Source: Nitrospirota bacterium
Lineage (GTDB): Bacteria > Nitrospirota > UBA9217
Length of the DNA stretch: 64,000 bases
Reading direction: 5' to 3'
Assembly (NCBI GenBank): GCA_963754875.1
Contig: CAVWHO010000010.1
Span: 128,001-192,000, forward strand
Both the position numbers and the translations under genes were made by a program. Shown here in pieces: positions 1-11,817 of the stretch (position 1 is the first letter of the stretch; each line of letters starts with the position of its first letter). The notes below the pieces were generated by a model. The model saw nothing but the letters and a program-made list of their open reading frames with translations. It searched no databases and was not told the DNA's origin.

Positions 1-374
1 CTGCATTCATCCTGCTGACCGCAATGGGCAGCACAGGAGGGTTTGAGCGCGCACCGCGCGTGGAAAAGAACTTTCCTGTGGTCGTGACCGATGCGACGGG
101 CGTGAAAATCGACGGTGAGAAATTCAGCTGGGAGGGCCGACTCCATTTCACGGGGTATAAAGGCATGGCCCAGGTGAACATCCCTTTCGAAAAGGTGCAG
201 GATCTGACCGTCGGGCAGAAGGCTGACCGGAAGATCACGGTCACCGTACATCTTTCGGACGGGACCGAATCCAGTTTCGATATCGATGCAAAATCGAGGT
301 GCTTCGGAGAAGCATCGTTCGGAAGCTTTATGCTCCAGATGGACGAGATCAAGTCAGTGGCTTTTAAAAAATAG
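1..374 (+). CDS. Hypothetical protein, probably 5'-truncated by the window edge
   Basis: Frame is open from base 3 (AFILLTAMGSTGG...), with a hydrophobic stretch that suggests the end of a signal peptide. Stop TAG at 372-374. Confidence 0.6.
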   Translation, partial: AFILLTAMGSTGGFERAPRVEKNFPVVVTDATGVKIDGEKFSWEGRLHFTGYKGMAQVNIPFEKVQDLTVGQKADRKITVTVHLSDGTESSFDIDAKSRCFGEASFGSFMLQMDEIKSVAFKK

Positions 375-575
375 CTCTCCCCTGAGGAAGTATGCCTGCC
401 CCAAGGACCCCCAAGGATTATTGAGGTTCCCCTCAGGACGTGTGACGATTTTTTTTAAAAAATACTCCGTATCGATAAAAATGCTGTGATAGTTAGCAAC
501 TGCTCGCTCTGAATTCTTTTTTTTTACGTATTCGGTTTCCTCAGCATCAACTACTGACCTTTCAAGTGTTTTTTC

Positions 576-3152
576 ATGAACGGCTTGAATCAAAAAACAA
601 CAATATCGCTTTCCAGCGTCATCAAAGCCCAACTGGGGGAAGAAAACGCAGAGATCCGGCGCGTTCATTTCTCCGGCGCAGGCGGGAACGAAGTGGTCCA
701 GCGACGTACGGGCTTGATTGACCGGGTGCTCCGCGATGTCCATGCCCATCTCTCCTCCGCTGGACGCATGCCGTCATTGATCGCTATTGGCGGCTACGGG
801 AGGGGGGAATTAAACCCCTATTCCGACATCGACATCCTTTTTCTCTGCCGGGATGAAGGCGACAGAAACCGCGCACCGGACATGCTTTATGTGCTGTGGG
901 ATGCGGGACTGGACATAGGATACAGCGTCCGGACCATAAGGGAGTGCGTTTCGCTCGCACGGCAGGACATTAAAATCAGGACATCACTTCTTGAATCCCG
1001 CTTTATTGCCGGCGACCGGGACCTGTACACGGCCTTTCTGCAATCTATGCGAAGCGACGTTTTCTACTGGAAAGCGTCGGCGTTCATCACGGAAAAAATC
1101 GTTGAACGGAATGCGACGCGCAGAAAGTACGGAGGTTCCATCTACCTGCGCGAACCGAATATCAAAGAAGGCGAGGGCGGTCTCCGCGATGTACATACGG
1201 CATTATGGATCGCCTTTGTTCATTTCCGCATCAATTCGCTCGGCGAACTCGTGTCACTGGGCATAATCACCGAAGGACAGTATGCGGTGTTCCTCCGGTC
1301 CCGGAACTTTCTCTGGAGACTCAGAAACGAGCTCCATTACCTGTCCGTCCGCAAGAATGATCACATGACGTTCGACCTCCAGGAACGGGCAGCCTTGGAC
1401 TTCCGGTATCGCGATTCCGCCCACCTCTATGCCGTCGAACGTTTTATGAAGGCCTATTTCCTTCATGCCCGCACTATCCGGGAATTTTCCAACATCGTCA
1501 TCAATGCCGTGCTCCCGAGGCCGACGCGTCGCTGGTATTATCGAAGAACTTCTCTCGGGGCATTCTCCCTCGTGGGCAAGACGCTCTTCCTTGCTTCAGA
1601 CCAGGCATGTAACCACGACCATGCCCTCGTTCTGTCGGCATTTGAACTGGTCCAGTCTCACCATGCAGCGTTTTCTGAACAATTACGAGAACTGATTAAA
1701 AAATGCCGGATCGATGACGTGGTCAGGACGTCTCCTGTTGCAGCGAGCAGTTTTATCGCCGTCCTGGACAATCTCGATGGATTGTCTGAAACGCTCAACC
1801 TGATGAAGGACCTGCGTTTTCTCGGCCGCTATCTCCCGGAATTTCGCGCCATTCAGGCCCTTGCCCGGCATGACTATTACCATTTGTACACCGTGGACGA
1901 ACATATCCTCCTCGCCGTAAGAAAACTGCAGGACCTGTGGAACGCCAGTCTTTCGGGGCCGATAACGCTCTCCGACGCATTGAAGGGACTGAACAAGAAA
2001 TGGGTCCTCGTTCTCGCCGTGTTGCTCCATGACCTGGGCAAAGCATTTCGTCACGATCACGCGTTGAAGGGAACGGAAATAGCTGAGGTCGTTCTCGACC
2101 GTTTGAGGGTAAGGGGAGAGGAGCGTGAACGGATCCTTTTCCTTATCAAAAACCACCTCGTCATGGCCTCGTTATCGCAAAGGCGTGAACTTACGGACAG
2201 GAAGGTGATTGCCGACTTTTCGAAGCTCGTCCAGGATCGGGAGAACCTCGCCATGCTGTACCTTCTTACGTACGCCGACATCTCCTCCGTCAATCCTCAT
2301 GCCTGGACGCAGTGGAAAGCGGTTCTCTTGCAGGACCTGTACGTTAAGACACTGAACTATCTCGACAAAAAAGCGCTGGTAGGCGAAGAAGACATGGCGC
2401 GATTGGCATCAATGATCGCCAGGATCAAAGAAGCGGCACGGGGAAGGTATTCTGCAGAAACGGTCGGTTTTTTTTTGTCGGTCATGTCGGACCAGTACAT
2501 TCTTTCGACGTCGCTCAATAAAATACTGGACCACCTGGGGATGCTGCTGCGACTTCCCCAGGAACAGCTCGTTATCCAGCACCGGCATTATCCCGAAAAG
2601 GGATACACGGAATTGACGGTATGCGCTTACGACGCCTATGGCATGTTTTACCGGACCGCAGGCACCATCGCTTCCAAGAACCTGAACATCCTCCGGGCGC
2701 AGGTTTATACTTCGAAAAGCGGCGTTATGATCGATACGTTCCAGATAACCGATCCGGCCGGTAAACTCTATGAGTATGAAGACGCATGGAAGAGCGTTCT
2801 GCAGGATCTCCGTAATGCGCTCATGAACAAAGCACGGCCGCCTGAAACGGGCCAGTACGCGTCTGTTCCGAGGCTGACAACGACGATCACGCCCGAAGTG
2901 GAATTCGACAATGATACCTCGGAAGCCTTTACGATCATCGATATCACGGCCCGCGACCGCGTAGGGTTCCTGTATCAAGTGACGAAGGCCCTCTATGACC
3001 TTAATCTGGACATAGCGTCGGCAAAGATCGTGACCGAAGGTTCACGGGTCATGGATTCTTTTTATGTCAGTGACCTTCTGCGCAGAAAAGTTGTTGAACC
3101 CGATCGGTTGGGAAAAATAAAAGAGACGTTGTTAACGGTGTTAAAATCGTAA
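576..3152 (+). CDS. glnD: [Protein-PII] uridylyltransferase / uridylyl-removing enzyme
   Basis: 858 aa. NTase motif AIGGYGRGEL-PYSDIDIL, EPNIKEGEGGLRD, HD domain (YTVDEH...LLHDLGK) and two C-terminal ACT domains. Confidence 0.97.
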   Translation: MNGLNQKTTISLSSVIKAQLGEENAEIRRVHFSGAGGNEVVQRRTGLIDRVLRDVHAHLSSAGRMPSLIAIGGYGRGELNPYSDIDILFLCRDEGDRNRAPDMLYVLWDAGLDIGYSVRTIRECVSLARQDIKIRTSLLESRFIAGDRDLYTAFLQSMRSDVFYWKASAFITEKIVERNATRRKYGGSIYLREPNIKEGEGGLRDVHTALWIAFVHFRINSLGELVSLGIITEGQYAVFLRSRNFLWRLRNELHYLSVRKNDHMTFDLQERAALDFRYRDSAHLYAVERFMKAYFLHARTIREFSNIVINAVLPRPTRRWYYRRTSLGAFSLVGKTLFLASDQACNHDHALVLSAFELVQSHHAAFSEQLRELIKKCRIDDVVRTSPVAASSFIAVLDNLDGLSETLNLMKDLRFLGRYLPEFRAIQALARHDYYHLYTVDEHILLAVRKLQDLWNASLSGPITLSDALKGLNKKWVLVLAVLLHDLGKAFRHDHALKGTEIAEVVLDRLRVRGEERERILFLIKNHLVMASLSQRRELTDRKVIADFSKLVQDRENLAMLYLLTYADISSVNPHAWTQWKAVLLQDLYVKTLNYLDKKALVGEEDMARLASMIARIKEAARGRYSAETVGFFLSVMSDQYILSTSLNKILDHLGMLLRLPQEQLVIQHRHYPEKGYTELTVCAYDAYGMFYRTAGTIASKNLNILRAQVYTSKSGVMIDTFQITDPAGKLYEYEDAWKSVLQDLRNALMNKARPPETGQYASVPRLTTTITPEVEFDNDTSEAFTIIDITARDRVGFLYQVTKALYDLNLDIASAKIVTEGSRVMDSFYVSDLLRRKVVEPDRLGKIKETLLTVLKS

Positions 3153-3318
3153 GCCATGTCCGGGCAGTCCGGGCAGTTCCGGGAACACATGATGACGGCT
3201 TGAGAAATCCGCACAGCGGTTTATTGCAGCCATAAGAAGTGGCTCTGTCTGCAAGTGTTAATTTTATTTTCTGGTCCGATCTGCCGTCGGTTTATGTTAT
3301 AAGCTTCGCGAATATTCT

Positions 3319-6300
3319 ATGAAGAAAATCGTAATCGTCATATCGATCATCCTGCTCGCTGCACTTGCAGCTGTGGAAACCTACGTACAGAGCCATGCCT
3401 TTGCCGGACGGATCAGGGCCTCTGTAGTCGGTCCCTTGAAGGAGATCCTGGGGGCCGATGCCGAAATCGGTCTTGTACGTGCCAATTTGTTTCCTCCTTA
3501 TTTGGAAATTCGCGATGTAGCGCTGCCCGATCTGCAGGGCCGGCGGGCAATTACCGTTCGAAAAATCACGATCTATATCAACCCGCTGCCGCTCATTTTC
3601 AAAAAAATCAGGCTTCCTTATATTTCCGTGCTCGAACCGCACATCCAGGCGGAACGCGGACAGGACGGCGCGGTCAACCTTGCGCCGATTATCGAGAAGA
3701 TTTTGTCGAACATCAACCGCTCTTCTTCGGGTGCTTCGTCGGGTTTCAGCCTGATGCTTCGCACGATATCGATCCAAAACGCCCGAATGGAATTCAAGGA
3801 CACGGCGACATCGACACGGTTTAACGTTGCGGGGCTCACGATATCCGCACGGGCAAACCTTAAGAACGACCGTATTCAGGTTTCCCTCGCGAGTTCAAAG
3901 CTCCGGATGTCCGCTCCTGCGTACCCGGAGATCGTCGGCGCAATTAAGGCAGTTGCAAAATATGACCGCGGACAGTTGCATCTGGATTCCCTTGATTTCA
4001 AATCCGGGGACGCGTACCTTTCCCTGTCCGGCGACATAGGGCCTCTGCCTGATGCTGTCCTTGATCTGAGAGGCAGAATCCGGTCCGGCCCGCAGACGAT
4101 CAACAGGCTTTCTGACCTGTTGCAGCCGCCGGCAAAGCAGAAAGGGGCCCACATCGAAGCCTCGGTCATTGTTAAAGGAAAGGCGTTTGCCCCGCAAATA
4201 GACGGTGATTGCAGGTTCCATGATGTCTCATTTCACGGAATAATTCTGAAGGAAGCGGTGTTGTTTTTTCAATACCGCGACCATGCCGTGGAGCTCAAGG
4301 GCGAGAACTGGCGTCTGGCAAACAACAACAGAGTACTGCAAATAGACAGCGTCATGGCCGCTCTCGCGTATGAACGGGGAGGGCTGCAAGTGCGGCCCTT
4401 CGAGATAAAAGCTGGAGATCTGACAGTCCAGATTCAGGGAAGGGCCGACCCGTTAACCGGTTTTGCAATGACCCTGTCCGCAATGTCCTCGGGGTCGGGA
4501 CAAGCCCTCTCATTTTTTACTTCCCTCCCGGTAGAAGGAAAAATACGATTGGAGGGCAACATCAGCGGCCCGCTGGCCGCGCCGGTCATCAACGGCTCGG
4601 TTTCTGCCGGGCCTGTTACGGTGAGGAAAATCCTTTTCAACGATGTACAAGGGGACATTGAATACCGGGACAAGAAACTCAAAGTTACGTCCGTGCGTAT
4701 ACACCAGCAGTCTTCCCGCTATATCTTCGACGGAATGGCTGACTTCCATGAAAAAGAACCTCTCTACACTGCACGGCTGCAGGTGCTGCAGTCTGATGTG
4801 GTGAGCGTCGTCGCCCTTTTTTATGAGCCCATTCCGATCACCATGACGGCGAAAGGCGTGCTCTCGTTTCTGGGGTCCGGTTCCAACTACTCCGGCAGCG
4901 GTTATCTTACGTTCGATGCAGGCAGAGGCATACGGGGAGTCGTTTACAAGGGGTACGATAACGGCATCGCTAACTACCGGGAAAATATCCTTTCCCCAGG
5001 TCACGCTTTACAAGGACAAGGGATTCGTAAAAGGTACCGGCTGGATCGGGTTTGACGGGACCTACTCCACAAACATCGAAAGCAGTGACCTTAACCCTAC
5101 AGCAATCGATCATCTGTCCGGGGTTGCTCTGGCCGGCGATTGTACGTTGTCCCTTCGTTCTTCCGGCAGCTTTTCCGTTCCGGTAGTTACCGCGTCCCTC
5201 GACGTGGGAGATCTGTCCATCCGCCAGGTCCGCTTGGGCAGTATGCGTGCTGTAGGCGCTATAAAAGACGGGCAGTTAAATGTGTCCGCTAGTCTGCCGG
5301 AAGGGCGCGCCCGTCTGTCAGCCCGCTGCACGCTCCGGAAGCCCTATGCCTGGTCTGCAGACGGAAACATTGACGTCGACGGAATCGACCCGCTTCAGCT
5401 CTTTGGGAAAAAGGATGGTTCGGACAAAATGCGGGTTCTTACAAAAGGCGCCATCAGCCTCCGCGGTAATGGACTGGATCTTTCCTCTCTCAACGGCGAA
5501 GCGGTCTTTCCTTCAGTCGGCATCGTCATCGGCGATTACCGGATCGACAACGAATCGGATGCCATATTTTCCATGACAAACGGACGGTTTGCCGTCAAAT
5601 CTTTAAAATTCTCGGGCCCGGGAACACGGATCAGCATTACCGGGAACACACGTATACTGTCCACTATTGATGTGACGGTTGTGGGGCATGCCGACCTCTC
5701 TTTGTTGAAACTCCTGTACCGGGAAATAGAACACGCAGCGGGTACCGCCGAAGTAAAACTTGCGATCAAGGATGAATGGACAAGTCCGGACGTGGCAGGA
5801 GAACTTCGTCTGCAAAATGGCGAGATCAAAATGAAAGATATCCCGCAGAAGTTTACGGCCCTGAATGGTAAGATCACCTTCACCCAAGGCAGGATCGTAG
5901 CCGATTCGGTTACCGGCGAAATGGGCGGCGGTAAGCTTAGCATGTCCGGTTGGGCGCAGCTTTCCGGGTTCAGCCTCCAGGATTTTTCAACAAAAGCGAC
6001 CGTGGACAACGTGACGGTCCGCTATCCTGAGGGCCTGACCTCGACACTGTCCGGCAATCTGTACTATGATGGAAACGTCTCGGCACAGTCGCTTTCCGGT
6101 GATATTATGATAAAACAAGCGCGATACGACAAATGGATAGAATGGAAGAGCATGATGGTCGATATCGGAAGAGGGCTTTATCAAAAAAAGAAGGCTGATA
6201 TCGGCTGGATCGGCGACACACAGATCAATGTTCGCTTTCACGGCACGGACAGCATCGTATTCCAGAATAATTTTGCCAATCTGCTGCTTGAAGTCGATGT

Positions 6301-6946
6301 GTTTCTTCGGGGCACGGTAAACCATCCGCAACTGCTCGGGCGGATCGAAGCGCGAAAAGGAACGGTGTATTTCCGGAAGAATGAATTCAAGATCCTGAGC
6401 GCTTCAGCAGATTTTATAGATCCGAACCGGATGAACCCGGTCCTTGACATCCAGGCAGAAACACAGGTAAAGGAATATTTAATCAGGCTGGCGGTCACCG
6501 GCACCGCCGATCGGGCATCCGTAACGCTTATGTCCGATCCCGCCCTCATCGATACGGACATCTTGAGCATGCTCGCCCTCGGCAAACTGGGATCAGAATT
6601 GAAGGGGAAGGAGACCGGTGTGGGAGTAGGCGAGGCCACATCCTTTGCCACGGGCCAGTTCCAGGACTTTGTTGAACGGCACACGAGAGGCCTAACCGGC
6701 CTTGACCGCTTCCAGATAGACCCTTACGTGAGCAAGAGCGACACGTCGGTGCCGCGGGTGACCGCGGGCAAGGAACTCGTTCAAAACAAGCTCTATGTAA
6801 CGTATTCATCGAACGTGGGGGCCTCGACACCGGAACAGATTTTTAGTATCGAGTATCTTATCGACAAACATTTCTCACTCGTCGGCGAGCGGAATGACTT
6901 GGGGAACACGGGTGCGGACATCAAGTACCGGTTTGTGTTCCAGTAA
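3319..6946 (+). CDS. tamB: TamB / AsmA-like translocation-assembly module protein, with one frameshift near 4920
   Basis: Two overlapping ORFs (3319-5055 and 4916-6946). N-terminal TM anchor, long beta-rich body and a DUF490-like C-terminus (GTVNHPQLLG, NPVLDIQAET, ...GADIKYRFVFQ). Confidence 0.8.
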
Positions 6947-7096
6947 ACAGACGAAAAATAGCGGCAAGAGCGACCGGAGATCAACGGATTAAAAAAGTTT
7001 GCCTGTGCTGAACGACCTGCAGTTTATTTTTTTACGATGTCTCTCTTGAACCAAGGGACTTGGACTTTCTACCACAATTTCAAATTCCCCATTTGT

Positions 7097-9783
7097 TTAA
7101 TGCGCCTGATCCCAGTTTTTCCCGATCCCCATGTCGACTTTGATGGGGACGGCCAGTTTGAGAACTCCTTCCATTTCTTCCCTTGCCAGTTCCTTCATCG
7201 TCTCGATTTCCTGATCGGGGACTTCAAAGACCAGCTCATCATGGACTTGGAGGATCATCTTGGAGCGCATCTCCTCCCGCTCAAGTCGGCGTTGGATATT
7301 GATCATCGCCAGTTTGATGAGGTCTGCCGCCGTCCCCTGAATCGGCGTGTTGACGGCCATACGCTCTCCGAAGTTGCGGACCGCGACGACAGATGATGCC
7401 AGTTCGGGGATGAATCTCCGCCTGCCGAATAGTGTAGTAACATACCCCTTTGTCTTCGCGGTTTCGATGGTCCGGTTGATGAATTCGCGCACTTGGGGAT
7501 AGCGTGCAAAGTAACTGTCAATATATCGCTTGGCTTCATTAGTTGAAACCCCGATGTCCTGTGCAAGTCCGAATGCGGAAATTCCGTAAATGATACCGAA
7601 ATTGACCGCCTTTGCCTTGCGTCGCATCTCGGGCGTGATGTCATCAGGTGCGAGGCTGAAGATCTCAGACGCGGTGCGTGTATGGACGTCCTCGTCAGTC
7701 TGGAATGTACGGATCAGACCCTGGTCTTCACTCATATGGGCAAGTATGCGTAGCTCGATCTGTGAATAGTCTGCAGAGATGCAGGCTCGATCCTCGTTCA
7801 GCAATGAATGCCTGCCTGATTTCTCTCCCTACCCCGGTCCGAATGGGGATGTTCTGAAGATTCGGGTCGCTGCTCGAAAGGCGGCCTGTGGCAGTGACGG
7901 TCTGATTGAGCGACGTGTGAAGTCTGCCTGTTTTCGGGTTAATCATTTCAGGCAAGCGCGTCGACATAGGTTGATTTGAGCTTGGCGAGAGTGCGGTATT
8001 TCAGAATTTCAGCCGGCAGCGGGTGGACGCTGGCAAGCTCTTCGAGTACGTCTACGTTCGTTGAAAAACCGGTTTTTGTTTTTTTCAGCGGCGTGAGCTG
8101 CAGCTTTACGAACAGGATATCGGCAAGCTGTTTGGGAGAATTAATGTTGAATTCCGCACCGGCCAGCTCATAAATGGTTTTTTCGATTCCGACGATTTCG
8201 TTCCCGAGTTTGACGGACATGTTATTCAGAAATTCGGCGTCGATCTTGACGCCGATGCGTTCCATGTCCGCGAGGACTTCCATGAGCGGCATTTCCATGT
8301 CCTCGAACAACTTGTCGAGGTTCTGCTCTTTGAGCAGGGGGGCCAGTGTCTGCTTGAGACGCAACGTAATGTCCGCATCTTCCCCGGAATACCTGGTCGC
8401 AATCGAAATGTCGACTGCGGAAAAACCGATCTGCTTTTTCCCCGATCCGGCCACTTCGGCATAGGTCGTGGTCTTATAGTTCAGGTACTCGAGGGCGATC
8501 GCTTCGAGGCCATGCGAGGGTTTGCCTGGGTTCAAAAGATACGATGCAATCATGGTATCGAACGCAATGCCTTTGACCGTAATGCCGTAATGGCCGAGCA
8601 CGAGCAAGTCATATTTGACGTTCTGACCGATCTTTTTGATCCCGGGATTTTCCATGACCGGTTTGAGCAGGGAGAGCGCGCGTTCGTGGGTAATTTGCTG
8701 CTGAACTCCGGGATAAACGTGGCCCAGGGGAAGATAATAGGCATGGTAGGGTTTCAGTGCAAGCGATATGCCGACCAACTCGGCCTGCATAGGGTCGATC
8801 GATGTTGTTTCTGTATCGAAGCAGAATTCTTCTGCTGAAGAGAGCAGCGTTACCAAATCCCGCAGTTCGGCTTCTTGGAGGACGGTTTCGTATTTTGCTT
8901 CTTGCCCCGGTTCCTGAGTAACATATTTCAAGAGGGTGGTGAATTCGAGTTCTTTCAGCAGCCTGAGCAGCGCGGCATTGTCCGGCGATTTTAATTTCAG
9001 GTCATCATAGCTGACGTCAAGCAGTACGTCTGCACGGAGGAGGGCAAGCTCCCGGCTCAGTCGGGCAAGGTGGGAGAATTCAAGCAGGGACTGCCTCAGT
9101 TTGGGTTTGGTGATTTCCGGAGCGTGCGCCAGGACACTTTCAATCGTACCGTACTGTTTGATGAGCGCCTGTGCTGTCTTTTCACCGATACCGGGTACGC
9201 CGGGGATATTGTCGGCTGCATCTCCCATGAGACCCATGATCTCGATTATGCGGTCAGGCGGCACGCCGAACCGCTCTTCGACATCAGCCCGCTCATATAC
9301 TTTATCCTTGAGTGTATCGTAAACTTTGATATGTGGACCGACGAGCTGAAGGATGTCCTTGTCCCCGGTGACGATGGTAACGTCCATCCCATCTTTCTCG
9401 GCTTTGAGCGCCAATGTTGCGATAACATCGTCGGCTTCCTGGCCTTCCTGCACAAACACCGGGATGCGAAAAGCCTCTACCAGCTTATGAATGTAGGGTA
9501 TCTGAGAAACGAGGTCTTTGGGCATGGGGGGACGATGCGCTTTATACTCCTTGAATTCAAGATGTCTTCTGGTCGGACCCTTGGGGTCAAATACGAGTGC
9601 AAGCTGATCCGGAGATTTTTCCTTGATGACCTTGAGAAGCATATTTGCGAAGCCGAAAACTGCATTCGTCGGCAAACCGGATGAGTTAGTCAGACCCCGA
9701 ACGGCATAATATGCCCTATAGATATACGAATTACCGTCGATGATGTAAAGTGCCGCTCTACTACTGTTTCTGTTTTTTTCCAT
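7097..9783 (-). CDS. polA: DNA polymerase I, with two frameshifts near 7960 and 7790
   Basis: Three consecutive ORFs. 5'-3' exonuclease ([25 protein letters not shown]), 3'-5' exonuclease (FDTETT), [34 protein letters not shown] and [10 protein letters not shown]. Confidence 0.97.
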
Positions 9784-10065
9784 AGATCCCCAACAGGACT
9801 TCCCTACTTACCTATAAAAAATAAAAAAACGAGTGGCAGGTGAAAAAACGAGGCGAGCGAGTGTGTCTGGCATCGCTTGCATTTGGTCCTACACTGCTCA
9901 ATCCCGGAGCGCGACATGTTATTCAATTGTGTATAGGCCGCTAAACAGTCAATCAACTCAAATGCGTTCTTCGAAAGATGAGCAATCTCTGCACACGAAA
10001 AATAATCGAGTTTTCGAAGATTTAATTGTCCAGGAAACACCGACGGCGACCAAAAGAATAATGTC

Positions 10066-10087
10066 TATCACATTTGATGTTGTGATA
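10066..10087. promoter_or_regulatory. Inverted repeat TATCACA-N8-TGTGATA, candidate activator (enhancer) site
   Basis: Perfect 7-bp arms about 155 bp upstream of a -24/-12 element in the long polA-comFB intergenic region. Confidence 0.35.
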
Positions 10088-10242
10088 TTCAGCATGATTC
10101 GGACATCAGAGGACGTCGAGATTATATTTGCTGGTGGTTTTCGCTCAAGGTGCTCACTTATGCTCAAATAAATATTATTTATTCAGGCGGCATAATACCT
10201 ACAACTGTTTGAAAAATAAATAAAAAAACAAACAAATTTTTT

Positions 10243-10258
10243 TGGTACTTATTTTGCA
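10243..10258 (+). promoter_or_regulatory. Putative sigma54 (-24/-12) promoter of the ComFB gene
   Basis: TGGTAC-TTATT-TTGCA gives exact GG-N10-GC spacing and one mismatch to TGGCAC-N5-TTGCW. It is preceded by an A/T tract and lies 40 nt before the ATG. Confidence 0.6.
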
Positions 10259-10297
10259 ATGTGGTCATCGGAAAAAATATTATTCGCCGGGGCCGCT

Positions 10298-10588
10298 ATG
10301 AATTGTAATGTACGAAATGCCAACTATGAAAGAGTCGTAGCAGTAATGGACAAGCTCTTGAAAGAACGGCACAGTGACGTGTGCGACTGTCAGCGCTGCG
10401 TAGATGACATTGCTGCCATTGCCTTAAACTATCTTCCTCCCCATTATTATGTCGATGTCGAAGAAGAGAAGGAAATCGGGTCTCCTTGGGTTATGATTGA
10501 GACCGCGGTTGTCGAAGCGATTGACAGGGTTTTAGAAAAACCAAACCACCTTCACGAAGCGGCAGGGAATGACAAACACTCATCGTAA
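10298..10588 (+). CDS. ComFB-family protein (Zn-binding, putative c-di-GMP receptor)
   Basis: 96 aa with the pattern N-x-x-E...CDCQRCVDDIAAIALNYLPPHYYV...AIDRVLEKPNH typical of the ComFB domain. Confidence 0.88.
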   Translation: MNCNVRNANYERVVAVMDKLLKERHSDVCDCQRCVDDIAAIALNYLPPHYYVDVEEEKEIGSPWVMIETAVVEAIDRVLEKPNHLHEAAGNDKHSS

Positions 10589-10632
10589 GCCGACTTTCCG
10601 AGCGATCTCGAGCAGGAATGACGAGCACACTC

Positions 10633-11755
10633 TCAACCGGGGAAATAGGTCACTTGATTCCTGCCGTTTCTTTTTGAAAGATAGAGCGCATCGTCCGCTT
10701 TCTTCACCAACTCCTCGGGCGTGACATCTTCGTCTCCAGAGACCGATGCCACCCCAACACTGATCGTAACTTTGCTCTCCAGTTTCGTATCCGTTATGAT
10801 AAATACGGCCTCTTCGACCGCCTTCTTCAGCCGTGTTGGCCACATTGACCGCCTGCTGCAGCTCAAGTTCTGGCATGATAACAGCGAACTCCTCTCCTCC
10901 GTAGCGGCAGCAGGTATCGATGGTATGGCACCGTGACTGGTTGCAGATGATGTTCGACAGTTTTTTGAGGACCGCATCGCCGGCCTGATGGCCGAAGTTA
11001 TCGTTGTATTGCTTGAAATGATCGATGTCGAGCATCATGAGCGAAAGCGGTTTTAGCGTTCTGCCCCGCCTGCTGATTTCCTGCTGGAGTTTTTCCTGAA
11101 ACAACCTGTGGTTGTAAAGACCGGTGAGCCCGTCGTGCTGAGATATCCGCTCAATTTTATTAAAAAAAAGAGCTTTTTCAATGCCCGCAGCCAGCTGGTG
11201 AGAAAGGATGGCCATAAAATCCATGTCATCCACGGTCAGCCCATACTTGGAGGAGTTGTCCATTCCGATTACGCCTATCGTCGTATTGTGGACTTTGAGG
11301 GTGATGCCGATGTAGGAACCGTCCCGTTTTTCTTCCCCGGCATAATGGATAAAATCATTGAACGTTTCGTAAAAAAGTGAAAGGTCGTGAATGTGTACGT
11401 GTTCGCCGCTTTCGACGACCCTGCCGGGAGTACCCTGGCCGATGGCGATGGCTGCAGGTCGCTGCAGTTCAAATCCGCTGATAAAAAGCAAGCTCGAGCT
11501 TTTCTCTTCGTTCGTCGCAAGAGATAAACTGATATGCGTTCGATGGGCAAGAGATTTCTTGATAATGCCGATTACCTGCTCGAGCATTTCATGTAAATCA
11601 AGCAGGGAACCGATGGTCCGGGCGATGTGATAATGAACGTATATTTCGTTCAGTTTTTTTTCGAGCAGATCGCCGAGAACCTTTTCATGGGCATGGGATT
11701 GCTTCAGCTCCTCTTCCAGCCCGGCAATCTTTTCTTTTAAGTATTCATCGGCCAT
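10633..11755 (-). CDS. GAF-GGDEF diguanylate cyclase (frameshifts near 11500-11550 and 10840)
   Basis: Coiled coil, GAF domain, DGLTGLYN, LDIDHFKQYNDNFGHQAGD and RYGGEEF. The C-terminus (VTISVGVAS...ADDALYLSKRNGRNQV) is in the adjacent frame, ORF 10633-10977. Confidence 0.92.
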
Positions 11756-11817
11756 CGATACCCCGTGGGTGCAGCCGCGTTAAGAACCTGCCGGATGCAT
11801 GCAGCCTTGCTCGATCC

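Noticed and set aside
375..440. CCTGAGG/CCTCAGG inverted repeat with a tandem CCCCAAGGA, as a terminator or riboswitch upstream of glnD
   Set aside because: The loop is large and poorly paired, the U-tract is not adjacent, and no known aptamer motif was recognised.
7097..9783. Programmed frameshifting or true pseudogenisation of polA (likewise alr, ptsI and mlaF)
   Set aside because: No shared slippery motif was evident, and the breaks are scattered over many conserved genes, which fits sequencing indels.
9868..9882. TGGCATCGCTTGCA as a sigma54 promoter
   Set aside because: The GG-to-GC spacing is 8 nt, not the required 10.
9804..10171. Short ORFs in the polA-comFB intergenic region
   Set aside because: No recognisable motifs or RBS. 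The region is better explained as regulatory DNA.
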